A DNA stretch of 56,583 nucleotides, filler included, from Catajapyx aquilonaris (lineage: Eukaryota): the NCBI GenBank assembly GCA_000934665.2. It is 2 parts of 2 records of this genome, joined end to end, with 100 filler letters (N's around TTAATTAATTAA, not from the genome) between each part and the next. Parts side by side here need not be neighbours in the genome. Positions count along the whole stretch, not along the records: positions 28,380 to 56,583 come from JYFJ02004954.1; 1 more part is not named here. One strand, 5' to 3'. The notes beneath the pieces were generated by a model, which saw only the letters and a program-made list of their open reading frames with translations, made no database searches and was not told the origin of the DNA. This document shows positions 49,948 to 56,583 of this stretch, in pieces (the first letter of the stretch is position 1; each line of letters opens with the position of its first letter). The position numbers and the translations under genes were made by a program.

Positions 49948-52900
49948 ACAGAATCGTTATTGGACAATTCAATGCCGACCGAGGCAGGGTATCCTCCGGT
50001 CTAGGCGTGGAATGGGGGTCGGTGAGGGGGCTAGACCTCCTCTGCCTGCAGGAGCCGCATGAGCTTACAGTCCGTAATAAGTGGAAATATCGCTCACACA
50101 TCTGTCAAAGAGGACAGATGGCATTGATTACATACAATCGAGGCCTGAGGGTGGTGTTTTTGCCTTCCCACTCTGGCCCAAAAATGGATAGTTTCTCAAT
50201 TGGGAGCGGAACGTCAGAGTTCCTGTTAGTGAATGTCTACTTCCCACCTGGGGAGAGAATTGACATCAGTAAAGAGTTAGATTCAATCGCGGCACTTCGA
50301 ACCGTTGGCCCTGTCGTGTTCTGGTCGTGGGCGACTTTAATGCGAGGCTGAGTTACTGGGGTGACCACGAGGAAAACAGCAGAGGGCGTGATGTGCTTGA
50401 CTGGGCCGTCGTGAATGGATTTGAGCTGTTGAACGACCCGTTCCAGGGGGACACGTTCCGTTCGACTAACGGTTCCAGTTGCATAGATCTCTCATGGTCA
50501 TATAAGTTACCGCAAGGGAATTGGACCCTGCACGATGAGCATTTAGATAGCCCCCATTTGGCCATCGAGATACGTCTCGGTACGGGGAGCCCCCCCCCCT
50601 GAAAGAAGTATGGGCCTGCTCTCGCGCTCATTGGGAGGACTATGAGAAAGATGTGGCGCTCGGAGTTTCCGGGTTGGCCGACCCAGGGGACGTCCCGGTT
50701 GAGGAACTTGAACGGAGTGCAGAGGAATTCCAGAAGCTGTGTCTCTCGGCTGCCCACGAGAACATTCCTAGGAACAGGGTCGCTGCTCGTGCGGCGGCCT
50801 GTCAATTTTGGTCCCCTGAACTAGGGAGACTTAGGCGCAATGTGAGGGCGGCCCGCCGTGAGTGGCAAGCGGCTCGGGGTCGTGGGGACGGACTGGCGAG
50901 AGAGCTCCACCGAGGATGGCGTCAGGCAGCCAGGAAGTTTAAAAGGGCGGTTATTGACCACAAGAAGGCCAGCTGGGAACGATTCTGTGAGAAGGAATCT
51001 CAACGAGACCCTTTCTCCCTGCCATACAAGATTATCAGAGAATCGTTCGGCCAGAGAGTGACCAGCACTGGCGGCATAGAGGGTCAGGTCGGAACCAGCA
51101 TGAAACAGTTGAATACTGCCCTGATTGAGAAGTATTTCCCAAGAGATCCGGGTACTTGGGACCCTACGATCCTTGTTACCAGGGACGACGCTGGAGTCGA
51201 CTCTGTGCCCCTCACCATGGGTGAATTGAAGTCTGTCATTGCTGCCATGGACCCTCGGAAAGCCATGGGACCGGAAAACCTGCCGCTCTCATGTCTGACC
51301 CACATTCTCGAGGCAGCGGGCCAATACTGGTTGGCTCTGCTGAACAGGCTGATGGGGGCATGGAAATTCCCAAAGGCATGGAAACTGTCCAGGGTCGTAT
51401 GGATACCCAAGGATCAGCAGGGCGCCGTGAGGCCGTTGTGCCTGGCGCCGGCTCTGGGGCGAGTGTTTGACAGACTCCTCAATGCAAGGCTCATGTATTG
51501 GGCAGAGAAGGAGCAAAGACTCCACGAGAACCAATTTGGCTTTCGCCCGGGCCGAGGAGTGGTCGATGCAGTTGAAACACTCGTTGGTACAATAGAGCGA
51601 GCCTGGGAGCGCAAACATCATGGCCTCCTGATAAACTTGGATATAAAGAATGCCTTTAATAGCGTCCCCCATCAGCAGGTTCTGCGGGGACTAATCAACA
51701 AGGGCTGCCCTCACGGATTAATGGGAATAATTTCTGATTTCCTGGGGCCTCGCCAGGTTGTATTCCGGGATCGAGAATTTGTAATGGATCGCGGGTGCCC
51801 TCAAGGCTCGAGCCTGGGACCGGCCCTGTGGAACTTATCGATGGATGAGTCGTTCACACTCGCCGCCGGCGTTCCCGGGGTCCGGTTGCAGGCCTATGCT
51901 GATGACCAATCAGTTCTCATAACGGGTCCGTCGGTCAAGGCCATAGAGGCCTCCTGGCTAGAGGTAGAAGTAAACATTTCTCGTTGGGCACGAGAGATGC
52001 AGCTGGAATATAACCAGGGGAAAACCGAAGGAGTATTCCTTCAGCGTCGGGGTTGGAGGCTGAATAAGATTCGCCCCCCCGTAATTAGGATTGACGGAGA
52101 GGAGCTTGACCTGGGTCGGCCAATCAGGACTCTGGGCATAATAATAGACAGCGGTCTGACGTGGATCCCCCACGTGGAGACCGCTGCAGCTAAGGCAAGG
52201 GACATGGCCTCTCGAATATGGCGTGTGGCAGGACTGGGATGGGGCATGACCCCCCCCCCCCCCCCCCAGTAGACGGATGATTTTGCGAGGGGCAATACTT
52301 CCTATGATAATGTTCGGGGCGGAGGTATGGGGGGTCAACTCCCATACTAAGAGCATTCAGCAGAAATTGATGTCTGCAGTTCGCCCATTCCTTTTGTCCA
52401 CGACCGGGGCGTATAGGACCACGGCCAATGAGGCCCTTTGTGTAATGGCCGGGATGATTCCCCTGGACATCCAGGCCAGATCGGCATGGTGCATGCGTCA
52501 AGAGGTGCTGGAGTGCACGGAAAGACAGTCGGTGGTCGGAAGAAGTACGATTGCTCAACCGCCATGGGACCGATTCGAGGGCAGAGTCGAGATCTGGGTA
52601 CAAGATGCCGCCCATGGTGGGTATGAGCTTTACACGGACGGTTCGGTCTTCCCGGGCATTGGTACGGGCGGTTCAGTCGTGGGCTTTGACCCCGACGGCT
52701 CGGAATGCTTCCGTGAGGGACTCACCTTTCCTGTGGGCACTACCATATTCCAGGCTGAGCTGGCGTCAATAATCCGCGGCATAGACTACGTGACTGACAG
52801 GGCGCTTGGTCCTCACGTCCGAATAATTTCGGACTCGTACTCTGCTCTCCAGACCATGGTGAATCCCCGGACCACGGACGGTCTCATCCAGGCCGCGCAG

Positions 52901-53481
52901 AGCACTATTAAAGAGATGGGCATCCCGGTCGTTCTGGCTTGGGTGCGGGGACACTCGGGAGTGGCGGGAAACGAGGCGGCAGACGAGGTCGCTAAGGCCG
53001 CGGCGCACGGACAGGGGACTCCGCGGGCGATGCCGGGCCCCCGAGCGGCAATGAGGAAGGGATGGAAAGATACCATGATGGCTGAATGGCAGAAAAGGTG
53101 GGAGGAGCAGGGGAATACCTGGCCGCGTAGTTTTATACCCACTGTTTCAGACGAAGTCCAGTTACATGGGCCCATTGCACATCTGGTTACTGATCATGGC
53201 CCCTTCCTCGGCTATTTGGCCAGATTCAATCTATTGGGGGAAAAGTGGGCCTGTGGAGGCGCCTGCCCGTGTGGCCGGGGCATACAGAATTCAGAGCATC
53301 TTCTTTTTGAATGCGTGCTCCCACAGATTCTTCCTGAACGGACTGCGCTTCTTGCGGCTTCTGTTACGGCGGGGGAGGGATGGCCCCCGAACCGTCAATC
53401 ACTGCTGATTTCGGGCAGTTGACCGGCATTTGTTAACTTTTGCCAAAAAGTGGTCCAATTCCTCACGGAGGAGAATAAGTG
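49937..53481 (+). pseudogene. ORF2: APE endonuclease, RT, RNase H, CCHC finger (frameshifts and one stop)
   Basis: IGQFN..DLLCLQEP, NVYFPP, GDFNA, SCIDLSW, SPHLAI (APE); QAYADD (RT); YTDGS (RNase H). Breaks near 50320, at poly-C 50590 and poly-C 52250, and TGA at 53420. Confidence 0.9.
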
Positions 53482-54284
53482 AACAACAATAATACCTGAG
53501 CAAGGAATAAAGAGGAGCCTCATGTAAAGAGGAGGAATTAAATTAAATTATAAATCAGACGCGATTGCGCTGAAGGAACATCAATCTGGTGCCAGTCTTT
53601 GTTCCCGCTCCAGGGATCCTAGGACGAAGAGCGGACGAGCAGACAAGCAGAGGTCCATGTTTGTAATACTTTAAATAAAGATTTGCGGGACGCAAAGTCC
53701 CATTACATGTATAAGGTCGGGGCCAAAATTTTGAGAACTAGTTTAATTTTTACGGTTCAATTATACCGAGTGGTACGCCCGCAACATTTAAATTGTCCCC
53801 TTTGTCTCGGGCGTAGGCGGGAGTGCTGGCGGGACTTGTGGCTGTGCAGAGGTGGTGCTGGTTTGCCGAGTGGGGCTGGGCTCTCGAGTAGTGGCCGGAC
53901 GTCCGAGGCAACGGGTGTTTTGTATGGCCCCGCATGTGTGTATCTTTCTTTTTGTTTTAGTTTGTTTGTGGGGATTGCAGAAAGTGCTTCTTTTCTTTTT
54001 GATTTTCTTTTTCCGACATTTTCTTTTGCGGTCTATATCGACCCTCGTCCCTCGGTACGCGGGTCGGACTGCCAATAGTATGCCACTTACTGGATTATTC
54101 CTTATGAAGGACCCATTTGTATTTCCTTGGATGCCAGGGACGGTTCTAAGTTGAGAACACAGAATAAGGCGCCTTTGGAGAGCGCACAGGTGTCCATCTG
54201 GATTTAGGGCCCTGATTGGGCCGGGAGGTCGAAAGGCTATGTCGGGCCGACCTCCCTAAATATACATTTCAATGTATGCCGCGC

Positions 54285-54697
54285 CCACGGACCGCCCTAG
54301 TTTTGTGGTTCCTACGTCTTAGCCCATTGTGGGTACTTGCGGCTGCTGGGCCAGAGTACCAGGGTGTCAACGTTGGAATTGCTGCTGGGACTTAACCTCT
54401 GAGAGGGGGGAGGAGGTCTTTGTTTGGTTTGCGGCCGTCTTACTGATAGGCGGTTCGTTGCCGGCATAACCGACTCTTGGATAGTGGTTCGAGACCGATC
54501 GGAGAATCCGAGACCTAGGCGAGAGCGGGGCGTCTTCTCGGCGCTCCGAGCAAGCCACAAGGCCACAGGGCCCGGCTGGGATCGATTGCCAGGGGGTGCC
54601 CCTGGTCGTCGGCCTTGTCTGGAGTCCGGGTGGGGAGTGAGCGTTGAGGGGTCCCTAACACTATAGGGAGTGCCCCTCCTCGCCGACTCAAGCGGAC
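54285..54697 (+). mobile_element. R1-like unit E: 5' UTR only, 3'-truncated
   Basis: Near-identical to 47725-48135; similarity stops after ...gactcaagcggac. Confidence 0.9.
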
Positions 54698-54701
54698 ACG
54701 T

Positions 54702-55125
54702 CCGTGAAGTTGGCACCGCCAGTCGTCGGAATTACCTGTCCAGTGATGTGGTCTAATTGTTCCAAGAGAGTTCCACATTGTTCCACCGCCAGTTCAATTT
54801 GTTCCAATCACGGAAACTTTTTATTTAAAAAATAAATTGGCGGTGCCAAGTTCACGACCGGCACCGCCAACTACATATTTGGCACAAAAAACGTTGCGGA
54901 TCGCTTGTTCTGACTGAGTTCCACGGTGTTCCACCGCCAGATCAATTTGTTCCAATCTCGTTAATTTTTTATTTAAAAAATAACTTGGCGGTGCCAACTT
55001 CACGGTAGCACCTCTAATTGCATAGGAGGGTCAAAACATTGGGGATCGCTTGGTCTGACTGAGTTCCACGTTGTTCCACCGCCCGATCAATTTGCTCCAA
55101 TCTCGTTAATTTTTTATTTAAAAAA
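54702..55125. repeat. Mixed tandem (~146 bp x3) and inverted repeat block, Foldback/MITE-terminus-like
   Basis: Perfect 20-bp IR CCGTGAAGTTGGCACCGCCA (54702) / TGGCGGTGCCAACTTCACGG (54986-55005); unit gagttccac..tgttccaccgcc..caatttg starts at 54768, 54916 and 55061. Confidence 0.8.
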
Positions 55126-55492
55126 CCAGCGACACTTACATGTATACAGTACCTGATACAGGAGTAGTCCACATTCCTTAACAATCCTGTGTTCAACATT
55201 GTATCGGCCGCAGAAGGGCAAGTTCCACCTGACGTTTGCAATTGACTGATTTTTTAAAAGCTCGAATTACCCGTCCCATGGGTCACCTTACGCAATTCAT
55301 GTGACTCAGACCTGACAATGCAATATAGTGTGCCTCCCAGAATTTTTCCAAAATGGAAAAAGTGTCAGTTTAAGAATGTATGAGGCAATAATCTTCCGAT
55401 CCCTATTCGGAATCAGGTACTGTACATAAGCGCAGACGTGTTTCCCAAAATGAAGCATTCCGAAGCAAATTGAGGACAAAAGTCGGTATTGT

Positions 55493-55537
55493 GGGGAGGT
55501 GCGGTGGCCGAGCTGGTAACGGCTCGGCTTGCTAAGT
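55493..55537 (+). other. tRNA-like 5' half (possible tRNA-derived SINE head)
   Basis: GGTGCGG-TG-GCCG-AGCTGGTAA-CGGC forms a D-arm with A-box, then TT-GCT-AA; no T-arm or B-box follows. Confidence 0.4.
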
Positions 55538-55559
55538 GCATGCCCTCGCAAGGACATTT

Positions 55560-56300
55560 GGGGTGTGCAAAGACCTGCGGACTTACAAAAAAAAATGCTT
55601 CGAAGCTATGACAAGACCTTCATCACGGCTTCCTGGGTGCTTCATACGAAGAGATTTGACCCACCTGGCCACCTATTCAACAATGCCAGGAAGTGGAAGG
55701 TGTGGCAGAAAAAAGGAAACCGGGTCGTGAAAGACCACTATTTGCGTTGGCTATAGGTCTCCTAGTAAACGCAAATAACTATGAAGAGTTCACCAGAACT
55801 TTGTCGCACATCCTAACTGTGGCTTACGCTGAAACTTACCAGTGAGACAAGGAGGGAAAGGCAGTCCCTACAGACGAAAGCAAAAGCTACCTAATTGAGA
55901 AGATCAGCGGAGAAGAACCAGAATCAACAGAGAATGACGACCACTCATTCCCCCTGGACGTCTGTGACGAGCTGCATGTCACGAATGATACCCGAGACTC
56001 TGTAAAGTCTTGGCTGGAGGACATCAAGGAGAATGCCGAAAGACAAGCAGAGTATCATGGCACTGAACCAAATCCGTACTACTGCAGTGTTATTGCGAAT
56101 GAGTTTCTGAAAGAAGCTGCCGACTTCATGCTCTGGTCCTCAGTTCTCGTCGATAAATTCAACTCGCCATACAAGAGAGCTACATCAGCTAGCGTGGAGG
56201 GGGACTTCGCTGACCTGAAGGTGCTAGTTCTGAAAAATGAAGCAAAGCCACTGCCACTTCACAAACTCATAGCACATCATCTCAGGTCTATCAACGGTTA
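55560..56300 (+). pseudogene. Degraded transposase-like ORF resembling the NOF-FB (Foldback/MULE-related) protein
   Basis: Hand translation across frames: LPGCFIRRDLTH..RKWKVW..VKDHYLR..IGLLVNANNYEEF..ILTVAYAET..NPYYC..FMLWSSVLVDKFNSPYKRATSASVEGDFADLK..LIAHHLRSING. Family recognised from memory only. Confidence 0.6.
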
Positions 56301-56583
56301 GACGAACCTGGCTTCGGTGTCCGTCCTCACCAGCCGGGTTCAGCTCCCTCCTAAAGTTGATGCCAAAATCGAAACGAGGAGATGGTTGCGGGCTCGGCCG
56401 CCAGATGCGGAAGAGGCAACATCTAGTCCTGTTTTTCTGGAAGCGCATATGGTCTTGCATTACTACTACGTTCATTTTTCTGCTACTATGTGACAGAAAA
56501 AACTGAAATTGGTGCCCGATGTGTCCTACTACATTCATTCAAATGTCGTATTGTATTCAACTACGATCTACGGACTTGTCATG

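Larger units (their letters stand above)
47723..54272 (+). mobile_element. R1-like unit D, full-length (~6.55 kb) but disrupted
   Basis: 5' UTR (shared with unit E), ORF1 gag-like, ORF2 APE-RT-RNase H-CCHC, 3' UTR. Confidence 0.92.
41435..54697 (+). mobile_element. Head-to-tail tandem array of five R1-clade non-LTR retrotransposons
   Basis: TGTATGCCGCGC at 41435, 42610, 46292, 47711 and 54273 delimits five same-orientation units. Confidence 0.9.

Noticed and set aside
52250..52270. Programmed frameshift at the poly-C run in ORF2
   Set aside because: Unit B has CCCCTCCAGC in frame at the same place; this is homopolymer expansion or a sequencing error.
41435..54284. CRISPR-like array (repeated 12-mer with unique spacers)
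   Set aside because: The 'spacers' are kb-sized retrotransposons, the context is eukaryotic, and there are no cas genes.
55493..55570. Intact tRNA-Ser gene
   Set aside because: Anticodon stem 3' side, T-arm and acceptor 3' strand are absent.

Overview
Eukaryotic, probably arthropod-like, repeat-rich genomic DNA. No host protein-coding gene can be supported. Bases 1-23 kb look non-coding apart from one small MITE. The rest is a transposon graveyard. It holds a near-complete Ty3/Gypsy (Mag-like) LTR retrotransposon with 118-bp LTRs (23242-27804, minus strand), fragments of two non-LTR elements flanking an artificial scaffold linker, a block of old diverged duplications with a Helitron PIF1 helicase remnant, and a Foldback/NOF-like relic at the right end. 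The most interesting structure is at 41.0-54.7 kb. A long inverted repeat is followed by an isolated, gap-free but diverged ~100-nt copy of the 28S rRNA R2/R1 target region, in which only the R1-proximal 20 nt are perfect. Five head-to-tail R1-clade non-LTR elements from at least three subfamilies are stacked at that site, every junction marked by the same 12-mer TGTATGCCGCGC. Their otherwise divergent 3' UTRs end in a covarying double-hairpin structure. All calls are by eye, and the reference sequences (28S, tRNA, protein families) were recalled from memory, not searched.
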